A DNA stretch of 64,000 nt from Bacillota bacterium (GTDB lineage: Bacteria; Bacillota; Dethiobacteria; DTU022; PWGO01), in contig JAAYSV010000041.1 in the NCBI GenBank assembly GCA_012518215.1, positions 30,931-94,930 on the forward strand, given 5' to 3'. Position numbers and translations under genes: made by a program. Below the pieces are notes generated by a model. It saw nothing but the letters and a program-made list of their open reading frames with translations. It ran no database searches and was not told the origin of the DNA. Position 1 is the stretch's first letter, and each line of letters opens with the position of its first letter. Positions 53,586 through 63,320 of this stretch are shown piece by piece.

Positions 53586-54566
53586 CTACCAATCGATATT
53601 GACAATCCTGCGAATAAGTATCAGGCCAACTAGCTGGGAGAGAAGGCCCATGCCGAGCAAAATATACCCCACCGGATCGGTAAAAAAGGCCGACATGTAT
53701 ACGGGATTGATCGAATACAGGATCACGGCCAGCAACAGTGGCAGAACCCCGATGATAATCCCGGAAATCCGTCCCTGGGAAGTAAGCGTTTTTATCTCCC
53801 GTTTTACCTTGATCCTGTCCATGATCGTCTGGGCAATATTGTCCAGAACTTCAGAAAGGTTGCCTCCCACCTGCCTCTGGATAATTATCGCCATCACCAC
53901 CAGTTCCAGGTCATCACTTTTGATACGGTCACACATGTTCTGAAGGGCCCTGTCCGTCTGCATCCCCAGATTGATTTCCTGCAAAGTCCGCCTGAACTCG
54001 GTAGATATCGGCGGGGGCATCTCGTCGCCAAGTGTTTTCATGGCCTGAAACAGGCTGAACCCCACGCGCAGGGAGTTGGCCATCGTGGAAAGAGCGGTGG
54101 GAAGTTGCTGGTTGAAGTTGGCCACCCTTCTGTTCTGGGCTCTCTTGATCAAAAATATCGGAATGACCCCCGCACCGACCAACAAACCAACCAGAAACAT
54201 AAAAGCCTTGCTGCTCAACAGAAAAAGGATCGCTCCCAGTGCTCCTCCCCCAAGGAAACAGAACAACAGGAACTCCCCGGCCCGCAAAATTATATCCGCC
54301 CGGAAAAGTTCATTCTTCAACCTGGCCTTCCATTCACCTTTTTCCCCCATCAAAACTTCGTCAACATCGTCTGGTTTGCGGCGAAACAGTTTCCCTTTTC
54401 CCCTTGACGGCGTACCCTGCTCCGTGGATGTATATTTCTTCAAACGGCTGGAAACCTTTTCCCACTCCGTGGAACGAAAGCCCATCATGAAGAGCAGCAA
54501 GAAAAAGATGGACATGAACGTGGCGATAATTACAACACCCATTTCACCTTGCATGTTATCGAACAT
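53586..54566 (-). CDS. tadB: Tad pilus platform protein TadB
   Basis: QLPTAL...LRVGFS...GGNLSEVL...TSQGR. Confidence 0.9.
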   Translation of the reverse strand: MFDNMQGEMGVVIIATFMSIFFLLLFMMGFRSTEWEKVSSRLKKYTSTEQGTPSRGKGKLFRRKPDDVDEVLMGEKGEWKARLKNELFRADIILRAGEFLLFCFLGGGALGAILFLLSSKAFMFLVGLLVGAGVIPIFLIKRAQNRRVANFNQQLPTALSTMANSLRVGFSLFQAMKTLGDEMPPPISTEFRRTLQEINLGMQTDRALQNMCDRIKSDDLELVVMAIIIQRQVGGNLSEVLDNIAQTIMDRIKVKREIKTLTSQGRISGIIIGVLPLLLAVILYSINPVYMSAFFTDPVGYILLGMGLLSQLVGLILIRRIVNIDW

Positions 54567-54586
54567 CAAATCACCCCATCTGGCCG

Positions 54587-55975
54587 TCATATCTCGGGGG
54601 CAAATACTTCCAACGGAATTTTTATGCCCTGTGTCTCCAACTTCTGCATGAATCCGGGTCGGATACCGGTGGGCCTGAACATGCCCACCACCCTGCCTGC
54701 CTCGTCAATGCCTTTCTGATCGTAAACAAACAGGTCCTGGAGTAAAATCACATTCCCTTCCATCCCCTGAACCTCGGTAATATGGGTAATTTTCCTGCTC
54801 CCGTCTTTCATGCGTGCCTGATGGACGATAAGGTCAATCGCCGATGCTATCTGCTCCCTGATCGCCCTTACGGGTAGATCCATCCCCGCCATCAGGACCA
54901 TGGTTTCCACCCGGGAAAGCATATCCCGCGGAGAATTGGCATGACCGGTAGTAATGGAGCCGTCGTGCCCCGTATTCATCGCCTGAAGCATATCGAGAGC
55001 CTCCCCGCTTCTCACCTCGCCAACCACGATCCTTTCCGGGCGCATACGCAATGAGTTCCGGACAAGATCCCGGATGGTAATCATCCCTTTCCCTTCAATG
55101 TTTGGCGGCCTGGATTCAAGCCTGATCACGTGTTCCTGCTGCAATTGCAACTCGGCCGCATCCTCGATGGTAATGATCCTCTCCGAGGAAGGGATGAAAG
55201 AAGAAAGGACGTTCAAAGTCGTCGTCTTCCCGGAACCGGTCCCCCCGGATACGATAATGTTCAGGCGGGAAAGAACCGAGGCTTCGAGGAAAATGCTCAT
55301 TTCTTTGCTGAGGGTCCCTTTATCCTGCAAATCCTTCATGGTGAAGGGCGCCCTTGAAAATTTTCGGATCGTAATCGTAGGGCCGGTCAGGGAGAGAGGG
55401 GGGATAATACAATTTACCCGTGAACCATCCGGCAGGCGGGCGTCGACCATCGGCATCCCCTCATCAATACGCCGACCCAGGGGCGTAACAATTTTCTCGA
55501 TAACATGCATGACGTAATCATCATCACGAAACGTTATTTCGCATTTTTCAAGTTTCCCTTTTTTTTCGATATATACCTGATGGGGGCCATTAACCATGAT
55601 TTCCGTTATTTCCGGGTCATTCAGCAGCGGCTGGATGGGCCCAAACCCGATGGACTCATTGACAATCTCATTGATTATTCTCTTTTTATCGCCCACCGAG
55701 ATCTGGATATTTTCTTTTTCCATGATCCCTTCAACAATGGCGGGTATTTTGCGAACCAGCTCCTCATCAACCACCGCACTTCCCTTGTTTCCATGCCGAC
55801 CAAGCATAGCGACCAACTGCCGATGGATGTTATTCTTCAACTTGACGTTCGGGTCTTCTTTCCCCGCTGTCCCTTTTTTGGGCATGAAAACGTCATCACC
55901 GATTTGCCCGTCGCTGACTTCTTCTTCTTTCAGCATCTCCTGTTCCGCTTTCTTCAAACGCTGCAAGAGAGACAT
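54587..55975 (-). CDS. cpaF: Tad pilus assembly ATPase CpaF/TadA
   Basis: DARLPDGSRV, GGTGSGKTT, LRMRPERIVVGEVR, AMNTGHDG. Confidence 0.95.
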   Translation of the reverse strand: MSLLQRLKKAEQEMLKEEEVSDGQIGDDVFMPKKGTAGKEDPNVKLKNNIHRQLVAMLGRHGNKGSAVVDEELVRKIPAIVEGIMEKENIQISVGDKKRIINEIVNESIGFGPIQPLLNDPEITEIMVNGPHQVYIEKKGKLEKCEITFRDDDYVMHVIEKIVTPLGRRIDEGMPMVDARLPDGSRVNCIIPPLSLTGPTITIRKFSRAPFTMKDLQDKGTLSKEMSIFLEASVLSRLNIIVSGGTGSGKTTTLNVLSSFIPSSERIITIEDAAELQLQQEHVIRLESRPPNIEGKGMITIRDLVRNSLRMRPERIVVGEVRSGEALDMLQAMNTGHDGSITTGHANSPRDMLSRVETMVLMAGMDLPVRAIREQIASAIDLIVHQARMKDGSRKITHITEVQGMEGNVILLQDLFVYDQKGIDEAGRVVGMFRPTGIRPGFMQKLETQGIKIPLEVFAPEI

Positions 55976-57217
55976 TTAGATGGTCCCCTTTCTTGCCCAT
56001 ATTTTCCGGAACAGCCCTTTTTTCCCGGGCTTCGGAGCGGGTTTCCCTTTCTCTTCCGGGTGTCCGTTGTCAGCGGGGGATATTTTCTCGCAGAGCTCCA
56101 GCAGGCTCCTCCCCGCTTCCGCTGGAGCCCTTTGCTGGACAAAAGGAATCCCCTTGTTGATTGATAATACAACTTGCCGATCGCTTCTGGGAATGACATG
56201 GTAAAGTTTCATTCCCAGGCTTTTCTCCACGTCTCCCCTGTCCACACCGTGGGTTGTCCCTTCCATGTTCAGAATGAGACGTATCTTGTCCGTATGACCA
56301 AGGATACCGAGGATGTTCATCGCCGTTTTGGTGCTTTTTATCGTCGCCAGATCTTTGAGTACCGGCATCATGATCACATGGGCCCTTTCCAGGGCAAGAA
56401 GGGTAAGGCCATCGAAAGAACAGGGAGTATCAATTATTATATAATCGAATTTTTTCTCCAGCACCTCCAGGATCGCCTCGAGGTGGTTCTCCGTAATTTT
56501 TTCTGCATCCTGAGGCGAAAAACAGGCACCGATAACATGAACACCTGAATTGTGGCGCAACAGGTAACGGGGCAGGGTTTGCTCGGTAATCCCTTCGGGA
56601 TCATCGGCGAGGTCGCTGATGCACTTTATGTCCGATAAATTCAGAAGAAGGGAGACATCACCGAACTGCAAATCAAGGTCAACAAGAACAACTTCCTTGT
56701 TCTGCCGGGCCAGCCCCACGGCCATGTTGACGGCGATGATGCTCTTTCCGGTGCCGCCTTTACCCGAAAAAAGGGTGATGATCGGCTCCTCTGTTTTCTG
56801 CTCCCCCGTTCCTTCTGCCGTGACAATATTTTTCCCCCTCGCTTTCTCGAGATCGTAAACCTTGCGCAGGGTGTTGGATATTTCCTCACTGTTTATCGGT
56901 TTGATCAGGTAATCCCTCGCCCCGGCAACCATGGCTTTCTTCAGATATTCCTGTTCTCCCTGGATAGAAATGATGACCACCGCAACGTTGGGGTAATTGC
57001 GCGATATGATCTCTGTCGCCGTGATCCCATCCATGATCGGCATGTTGATATCCATCAACACGATATCGGGTAGCAACTCGGCCACTTTGGCAATAGCTTC
57101 CTTGCCATTTGCAGCTTCCCCCACCACCTCCAGATCTTCCTCAAAATAAAGCAGGCGCTGCAAATCCGTACGTGTCTGGTCAATATCGTCCACAATCAAC
57201 AATTTTATTTTCTCCAT
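55976..57217 (-). CDS. cpaE: CpaE/TadZ: receiver domain + MinD-like ATPase
   Basis: IVDD...LMDINMP receiver; KGGTGKS, DLDLQFGD. Confidence 0.9.
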   Translation of the reverse strand: MEKIKLLIVDDIDQTRTDLQRLLYFEEDLEVVGEAANGKEAIAKVAELLPDIVLMDINMPIMDGITATEIISRNYPNVAVVIISIQGEQEYLKKAMVAGARDYLIKPINSEEISNTLRKVYDLEKARGKNIVTAEGTGEQKTEEPIITLFSGKGGTGKSIIAVNMAVGLARQNKEVVLVDLDLQFGDVSLLLNLSDIKCISDLADDPEGITEQTLPRYLLRHNSGVHVIGACFSPQDAEKITENHLEAILEVLEKKFDYIIIDTPCSFDGLTLLALERAHVIMMPVLKDLATIKSTKTAMNILGILGHTDKIRLILNMEGTTHGVDRGDVEKSLGMKLYHVIPRSDRQVVLSINKGIPFVQQRAPAEAGRSLLELCEKISPADNGHPEEKGKPAPKPGKKGLFRKIWARKGTI

Positions 57218-57242
57218 TTCCCCTTGCCCCTTGCCATATCAT

Positions 57243-57941
57243 TTAGAAATTGCCAAAATGCCACGGAGTTGCCGGAATGATCCTGTCGTCACCTGAAGGA
57301 CGAAGCATCAGGTGAATGGTGCCTCTTTGCGCCGCCAGAGCCAGCTGCGGTGCAACTTCCGGAAGCACTTCAAGCGTTACCGTATTGGCCTGCTCCGTAA
57401 CCTCCTTGAACTTCAATGGATCATAATTCCTGTTGATGGCCAGTACCTTTACGTTCTGGATGATGATTTTGGTATAATACTCGGATGTGACCTCCCAGGT
57501 GGCAATGACATCAACATGATTACCAGGAGCCAGCAAGCCCCCCACCCCGCTTACCTCACTGACGGCAATGGCCAATGCCCTTTTTCCAGTTTTCAGCGTA
57601 TAGAGAAAATCATCAGCCGTGTCCCCCGGAACCACGATCTTGCCGGGCAACACCTGCTCGCCTTCATAGATAGTTGTTCTGGCAATACTACCGACAAATC
57701 CCTCTTTGCTCTGCCCGGCTTCTTTGTGAGCATAAGCCAGGGGAATTTCGATTACCTCAAGCATATCCCCTTCTATTTTTTCGTTGGCCGGGATGGTCGT
57801 CCTGGCCACCAGGACATCCGTATATTCCATGTCCAGTTTGGTCCTGGCTTCCAGATCCAGAAGATACAGAAAAACACCACCGGCCGAGATCGCGGCAGCA
57901 ACAATAGCAAGAACCAGATAGATGTATTTTCTATATTTCAC
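57243..57941 (-). CDS. cpaB: Flp pilus assembly protein CpaB/RcpC
   Basis: TM + SAF domain; RALAI...PGNHVDV, VTLEV. Confidence 0.9.
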   Translation of the reverse strand: MKYRKYIYLVLAIVAAAISAGGVFLYLLDLEARTKLDMEYTDVLVARTTIPANEKIEGDMLEVIEIPLAYAHKEAGQSKEGFVGSIARTTIYEGEQVLPGKIVVPGDTADDFLYTLKTGKRALAIAVSEVSGVGGLLAPGNHVDVIATWEVTSEYYTKIIIQNVKVLAINRNYDPLKFKEVTEQANTVTLEVLPEVAPQLALAAQRGTIHLMLRPSGDDRIIPATPWHFGNF

Positions 57942-57964
57942 CGCCAACACCCCCGGTTGAAGGG

Positions 57965-58903
57965 TCAATGTTTCAATTTAACGGCCTTGACCCCGTAATC
58001 AATTGCTTCCGGGGATATCTCCCCGTTCTCCACTCTCTCCAGGAAATAGCCTCTGATATAACTGTTATTGCCCTGGCCGGTGACCCCGTCGAGCCAGAAT
58101 GCGGAAAACCCGACCACCTGCACTTTTCTTCTTCCACTCTTGTTGTCATAGGGTTCCAGCATGGGAACAATCACCACCCGCGGACAGCCTCTTGGCACAT
58201 CGATATATGATGTGCTCAGTGCCCGGGCTATTCTCTTGTCAATCGCTCTTTTGGTAGGGTTGGACATATTGCCCGGTTCTGTATCAAGGATGTCACCCAC
58301 CGATATAACCCCCGGATACCCTTCCGTCAGGTGGCGTTCGAAATTGGAGGCCCCTCTCCCCTCTCCAAGCGCCAGCGCACCGAAATTTCCCGCACCAAGG
58401 CCGACATCATAATTGTTCGATGATGCATTTTTGATGATATACTTCTGCCCAAATACCAGTTCCCGATTTACCAGTCCAAGGGGGACCACCCCGCTCATCG
58501 CTCCGATACTTCCCACCATCGCCGTGGCGTTCTTTTGAAGAAGCAGTGATTTTTCATCAACAAGAATTTTCCCGAATAAAATGGGAGCTTCCTTCCGGGA
58601 TTCGACGGTAATCGATGCCCGGTCAGGGCTTATGTAAATATCTATGTTATCGCTGTCCAGCCCGTTTTTTGCAGCGTATTCCATCGCCGTGGTTCTGGCT
58701 TCCGCAGCGCTGATAACCAGATCCTGCGCTCCCGCCAATGCCGCCGCATCCACCCCGTTGCTGAGGCGTATGTCGGCAATATAAAATGTACCCACATCAA
58801 CCACCAGTGCCGAAAAACCCAGAATTACTATCAGTGCAAACGCGGAAACAAGGTTGATGGCTCCCCGTTCATCTTTCAAGCCGTGACGGAAGAGTTTCAA
58901 CAT
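57965..58903 (-). CDS. TadG-like minor pilin
   Basis: DERGA...VVDVG...DAAALAGA, GNFGAL, TEPGN. Confidence 0.85.
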   Translation of the reverse strand: MLKLFRHGLKDERGAINLVSAFALIVILGFSALVVDVGTFYIADIRLSNGVDAAALAGAQDLVISAAEARTTAMEYAAKNGLDSDNIDIYISPDRASITVESRKEAPILFGKILVDEKSLLLQKNATAMVGSIGAMSGVVPLGLVNRELVFGQKYIIKNASSNNYDVGLGAGNFGALALGEGRGASNFERHLTEGYPGVISVGDILDTEPGNMSNPTKRAIDKRIARALSTSYIDVPRGCPRVVIVPMLEPYDNKSGRRKVQVVGFSAFWLDGVTGQGNNSYIRGYFLERVENGEISPEAIDYGVKAVKLKH

Positions 58904-58918
58904 GGCCTCCCCCTCCTT

Positions 58919-59323
58919 TCACTCCACCCTCATGATTGCCGTGTAGCTAACCGGATAAGGATTGGGCACCGCCGATGACAGAACTGGCAGCATCAGAACA
59001 AGTGAATATTCAACTTCTACCTCGATCGATTCCCCGGCATACCGTTCGTTCCAGGAAGGACTGATGCGCACCGTGGTTTTATCTTGCTCCAGGGATATAG
59101 TGCAATCGCCAATTTCGTCCATGATCCCCTGATCATCACAGCCAACTGCACCAAGGCGAGCACCTTCCCTGGCCGCATGAGCAACGGTCAGGTAAGCATG
59201 CCCAAATCGGCCAAACTCGATCACTCCCCATAACAACAACAAAAATACGGGCAAGACAAGCGCCAATTCCACCAGCGCCTGCCCCCTGTCTCCGGTATTG
59301 TTGTGCTGCCTGGCCTTGCTCAT
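58919..59323 (-). CDS. TadE-like pseudopilin
   Basis: GQALVELAL...AAREGAR...MRVE. Confidence 0.9.
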   Translation of the reverse strand: MSKARQHNNTGDRGQALVELALVLPVFLLLLWGVIEFGRFGHAYLTVAHAAREGARLGAVGCDDQGIMDEIGDCTISLEQDKTTVRISPSWNERYAGESIEVEVEYSLVLMLPVLSSAVPNPYPVSYTAIMRVE

Positions 59324-59348
59324 GCTCACCCACCCCTTAAAACAAATG

Positions 59349-59373
59349 GGGCCCCGCCATATCGGCGGAGCCC
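59349..59373 (-). terminator. Hairpin/attenuator between flp and tadE
   Basis: GGGCTCCGCC-GATAT-GGCGGGGCCC followed by CATTTGTTTT on minus. Confidence 0.6.
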
Positions 59374-59383
59374 GACTCACGCG

Positions 59384-59569
59384 TTAACCTTCCCCACCGC
59401 CGACACCACCCAGTTTTTCCCCGATGCCCTGGAAGATGTCCTTGATCTGATCCCCCATGAATGTCAAGGCTACAATAACCACCACCGCTACCAATGCCAG
59501 AATCAACCCGTATTCTACCATGCCCTGGCCGCTCTCATCTTCGAACAGATTCTTCAAAAATGTTAACAT
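59384..59569 (-). CDS. flp: Flp family type IVb/IVc pilin
   Basis: DESG/QGMVEYGLILAL Flp motif; about 61 aa. Confidence 0.95.
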   Translation of the reverse strand: MLTFLKNLFEDESGQGMVEYGLILALVAVVVIVALTFMGDQIKDIFQGIGEKLGGVGGGEG

Positions 59570-59883
59570 GATCAATCACCTCTCTCCGTTCTTTCTTTCC
59601 ACTTTCAGCATAGCATGCCATGTTATCATAGGCAATGCATGGAATAATACCCATTACCTGTTTATATTGAGACTTTAGTCCTGTTTTTTCTATGGATTGC
59701 TATGCAGACTTTATCGGTTGAAGCAAGTTGATACAAGCATGCCATTCTGGGCTCGCTTTCATGATGATGGAGATGACAGGCAATGCTATCATTTTATCGT
59801 GGTCAAACAGCAAACAGGGTTTCCGGGCCATGTTTCCGGTGCGGCCGGGGCAAGATACCCCCTATCCGAGGGAACAGGCATTT

Positions 59884-60534
59884 TTATATGTCGACAAGAT
59901 TGTGTTTGATGGCATAGATGGCAGCCTGGGTGCGGTCATTGACTTTCAATTTACGCAAAATACTGGTGATATGATTCTTCACGGTCTTCTCGCTCAGGAA
60001 CAGTTTTTCGGCAATGCTCCTGTTGTTCAATCCCACTGCCACCTCGGCAAGGATTTCCAGCTCTCTCTCCGTGAGCTTGTCCTTGGCGTTGAATCCTTCG
60101 GACATGTGCCGCCATGCCCCGATCAACTTGCCGGTCATGCGGGGATCTATATATGTATCCCCGGAAGCCACTATTTTGATTACGTTCAGAAGTTCTTCCG
60201 CGGTGGTGTCTTTCAGTATGTACGCCGAGGCCCCGTATTCCATGAGTTCGTAGATATATTCCCGGGCATCGTGGATCGTCAATACAATGATGGCAATCTC
60301 GGGGTTGTTTTTTTTGATTATCCTGGTCGCTTCGATACCGTTCAAACCAGGCATGTTGATATCCATGAGTATGATATCGGGGTTCAGTTTCTGGGCGGAT
60401 ATTACCGCCTCTTCCCCGTTGGCAGCCTCACCGACAACGGCAATTTCCAGTCCGGCCTCTATATTCAATATCTTTTTGAGCCCATCCCTTATCAGGGCAT
60501 GATCATCTGCAATCAGTATGCGTATACTTTTCAT
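59884..60534 (-). CDS. degU: NarL-family response regulator, DegU-like
   Basis: ADDH...LMDINMP receiver; LTERE...TVKNH...RTQA LuxR HTH; paired with degS. Confidence 0.8.
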   Translation of the reverse strand: MKSIRILIADDHALIRDGLKKILNIEAGLEIAVVGEAANGEEAVISAQKLNPDIILMDINMPGLNGIEATRIIKKNNPEIAIIVLTIHDAREYIYELMEYGASAYILKDTTAEELLNVIKIVASGDTYIDPRMTGKLIGAWRHMSEGFNAKDKLTERELEILAEVAVGLNNRSIAEKLFLSEKTVKNHITSILRKLKVNDRTQAAIYAIKHNLVDI

Positions 60535-61691
60535 CGGAAACCACCATCCAATTTATTTTCATGATTCCTGTCAATCGGCACCTTGACAATAATTTCCGTC
60601 CCCTTGCCGGGGGCACTGTTTATTTCGAGGCTGCCCTCGATAAGTTCAACCCGCTCCCTCATGCCCAACAACCCGAATGAGCCTTCGGGGCTTTTTTCCC
60701 CTGTCTTGAAGCCGCATCCATTATCGCGGATTATGACCGAAATCAGTTCGTCGTCAACATCAATTTTAACCAGGGCATCGCTGGCATGAGCATGTTTCAA
60801 AACATTGTTCAAAGCCTCCTGAATGATGCGAAAAATCGCAATTTCCAGATCCTTCTTCCTTACGATGGGCCCTCCGGAAATGACCAGATCGATATTCAAA
60901 GGATATCTTTCACGGTATTCCTCGATGTACCGTTTCAGCGTGGCAACAAGTCCCAGGTCATCGATGGCCATGGGCCTCAAATCGAAGATGATCTTGCGCA
61001 ACTCCTGCAAACTGTTACGAACCATTATTTTGAGATCGGCCAGTTCCTCCCTGACCTCCTGTGGTTTGGTGTCCAGTATCCTTTCGCAGATTTCCGTGCG
61101 CAAAACCAGGTTGGCCATGGATTGAGCCGGCCCATCATGAATCTCGCGGGCCACTCTTTTTCTTTCTTCTTCCTGCGCCAGAATGATCTTGAACCCTACC
61201 CCCTGTTTCTGCTGCATTTCCTCGGTTTTCAGGCCAAGGTCATTGAAATTCCCCTTGATATAATCGAGAGCTACCCCCATCCGTGCAAATACCTGCTCGG
61301 CATTATCGACTGCCTCGTCCAGGTTCCGGAGATGATCCTCCAACTGTTTTTTTCTTTCCTTCAGCTGCACTTCCCTCTCCCGGGCAAGCCCCAATGCAAT
61401 TTGAAGTTCCTTGCTGTTTTCATATGCTTCCCTCAGGCTTTCTTCGCCGAAACTGTGGTAGTTCTTGCTGATCTCCATCAGATTGAGCATGACCTGTTTT
61501 TCTTTTATTTGCAACTGATTTATCTGTTCCACCGTCTCCTGGCCCTGCCTGCCCAGGAATTGCAGTTCCCTGGCGGCGGTTTTTTTCTCGAAGCGGATAC
61601 TGTTACCGAGTTCGCTGATATTTTCCCGGGCCCTTACCAACGTGCGTACAGATTGTTTTATTATTTGTTCCAGTTCTTTCAAAGCGATCAT
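60531..61691 (-). CDS. degS: Soluble sensor kinase DegS
   Basis: DegS coiled-coil N-terminus; QEEERKRVAREIHDGPAQ, QEALNN, DNGCGF, GLLGMRER. Confidence 0.88.
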   Translation of the reverse strand: MIALKELEQIIKQSVRTLVRARENISELGNSIRFEKKTAARELQFLGRQGQETVEQINQLQIKEKQVMLNLMEISKNYHSFGEESLREAYENSKELQIALGLAREREVQLKERKKQLEDHLRNLDEAVDNAEQVFARMGVALDYIKGNFNDLGLKTEEMQQKQGVGFKIILAQEEERKRVAREIHDGPAQSMANLVLRTEICERILDTKPQEVREELADLKIMVRNSLQELRKIIFDLRPMAIDDLGLVATLKRYIEEYRERYPLNIDLVISGGPIVRKKDLEIAIFRIIQEALNNVLKHAHASDALVKIDVDDELISVIIRDNGCGFKTGEKSPEGSFGLLGMRERVELIEGSLEINSAPGKGTEIIVKVPIDRNHENKLDGGFR

Positions 61692-61821
61692 TGATTTTGA
61701 AGATGCCTCTTGATTTCATGTTTATTGTATAATATTCAACAATATTATGGTAACATCCTTTTTATTTCCAGAATGAAACCATGCATTCCATTACCTTTTT
61801 TTGCCTGCACCGGGTCTTCAC

Positions 61822-62355
61822 CTATTCTTTTCCTCTCAACACCTGTTCCAGTGACCGGGCAAATCTACGATCATCCTCCGCTGTTCTTCTGCAGGGGCCT
61901 CCGGTCCTTCCGCCGGCTCGTCGGTAACGGCCTTTGGCCGCGCGTATTTCCAGAAGATTGGTTATCGCATCAGGCCGAAAACGATGGCCGGAAGGGCCAA
62001 GGCAGTGAGCACCCTTCCCCACAACCATCGCCGCAAGCCCCCCATCCTGCGTGATGACCACATCTCCCCGTTGACAAAAATTGATTATCTTCAAATCGGC
62101 TTCCTCGGGGTCATTCCCTACCACGATATGGTTATCAGCCCCCACGCAATGGTTGAAACTGGCCACTGTCCATACCGGACGGGAAAATTTCTCCCCCAGC
62201 CGGTAACAGATCTGCAACACGTTTCCGGGACAGGCATCGGCATCGACAATTATTTTACTGTTCTCTTTTCCCTTTTTCCCTTTGCTCAATCGATCACTCG
62301 CTGTTTTCCCGTTGTTCGTGTTTCTGCTCATGGATGCTGTTTCATCGATGATCAT
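61822..62355 (-). CDS. YaiI/YqxD (DUF188) protein
   Basis: [21 protein letters not shown]. Confidence 0.85.
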   Translation of the reverse strand: MIIDETASMSRNTNNGKTASDRLSKGKKGKENSKIIVDADACPGNVLQICYRLGEKFSRPVWTVASFNHCVGADNHIVVGNDPEEADLKIINFCQRGDVVITQDGGLAAMVVGKGAHCLGPSGHRFRPDAITNLLEIRAAKGRYRRAGGRTGGPCRRTAEDDRRFARSLEQVLRGKE

Positions 62356-63281
62356 TCATGCAAATCCAAAAAGTTTTTGACCAGACCCACGACATCGCCG
62401 ATATTTTCCATATCTCCTGCCTTCCGGATGAATTCAGAAGGCCCTTTGATCAGGGCCGGAACATCATTGAGCGTATGCCCCCTATGGCCGAGGTCTTCCA
62501 GATTGCCATGGTCGCTGGTAATGATGAGCATTGTTTTTTCCCCGCCGGGATGCTCCAGAATGTATCCCAAGAACCTATCCAGAAGGGTCACGATTTCCCT
62601 TGCTTTTCGTCTCTCCGCCAGATGGCCGGCAACATCGCTCAGAAAATATTCAAAGAGGGTAAAATCGTGCTCATCGCTCAATGCAAGTAGCCGCCGCGCT
62701 GCTTCTTCCGGTTCAACAATTTCGACTGGATACCCCATTCTGTTCAAATAATGGTGGGTTATATCCATGTACAGGGCCTGCCCATGTTCCAGCTGTACCA
62801 GAGTTCTGAAGGGCAGCCCCGCATAGTAGGTAAGCCATGTGGAACACGAATATGAATGCACAAGGCCTTTTTTTAGATCATCAAAAAATTCGGGACGATA
62901 AGCGTTGGCAAATGTCGGTTTCAGCCCGGCAGCAACAAGTTGGGACAAAATACCCTTTTCACGCAACAAGCTTTTGAGTTTCTCGCCGGGGTAACGATTG
63001 ACATGCCTCCCCACCAGTGCCGCCGCATTCTCTCCGGTAAAAAGCGTAGTCTGCCCGGTGGCACTCTGCGGGGTACCCTCGACTCCCAGGGTGGCATCGA
63101 GGCCAAAAAGCCCCAGACCGGGGCTGTAGAAGCCCTCCGCCCCGCGGCAAAGGGAATTGCCTCCCAGAACCCGGGACAGACGCGGTGTATCTGTGAAACA
63201 GAACGGGTTGTCATGGACATCCTGTTTCCCAAGTCCGATCCCGTCGATAAAGATCATTATGACACGTTCCGGGTTCATCAA
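62352..63281 (-). CDS. Alkaline-phosphatase-superfamily metalloenzyme (phosphoglycerate mutase-like)
   Basis: [30 protein letters not shown]. Confidence 0.82.
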   Translation of the reverse strand: MMNPERVIMIFIDGIGLGKQDVHDNPFCFTDTPRLSRVLGGNSLCRGAEGFYSPGLGLFGLDATLGVEGTPQSATGQTTLFTGENAAALVGRHVNRYPGEKLKSLLREKGILSQLVAAGLKPTFANAYRPEFFDDLKKGLVHSYSCSTWLTYYAGLPFRTLVQLEHGQALYMDITHHYLNRMGYPVEIVEPEEAARRLLALSDEHDFTLFEYFLSDVAGHLAERRKAREIVTLLDRFLGYILEHPGGEKTMLIITSDHGNLEDLGHRGHTLNDVPALIKGPSEFIRKAGDMENIGDVVGLVKNFLDLHE

Positions 63282-63320
63282 AGATCAAGATCCTTTCTAT
63301 TTTCAACCATTCCTTCCCGC

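Noticed and set aside
59607-59620. Sigma-54 promoter (TGGCATGCTATGCT) upstream of flp
   Set aside because: GG-to-GC spacing is 8 nt rather than the required 10.
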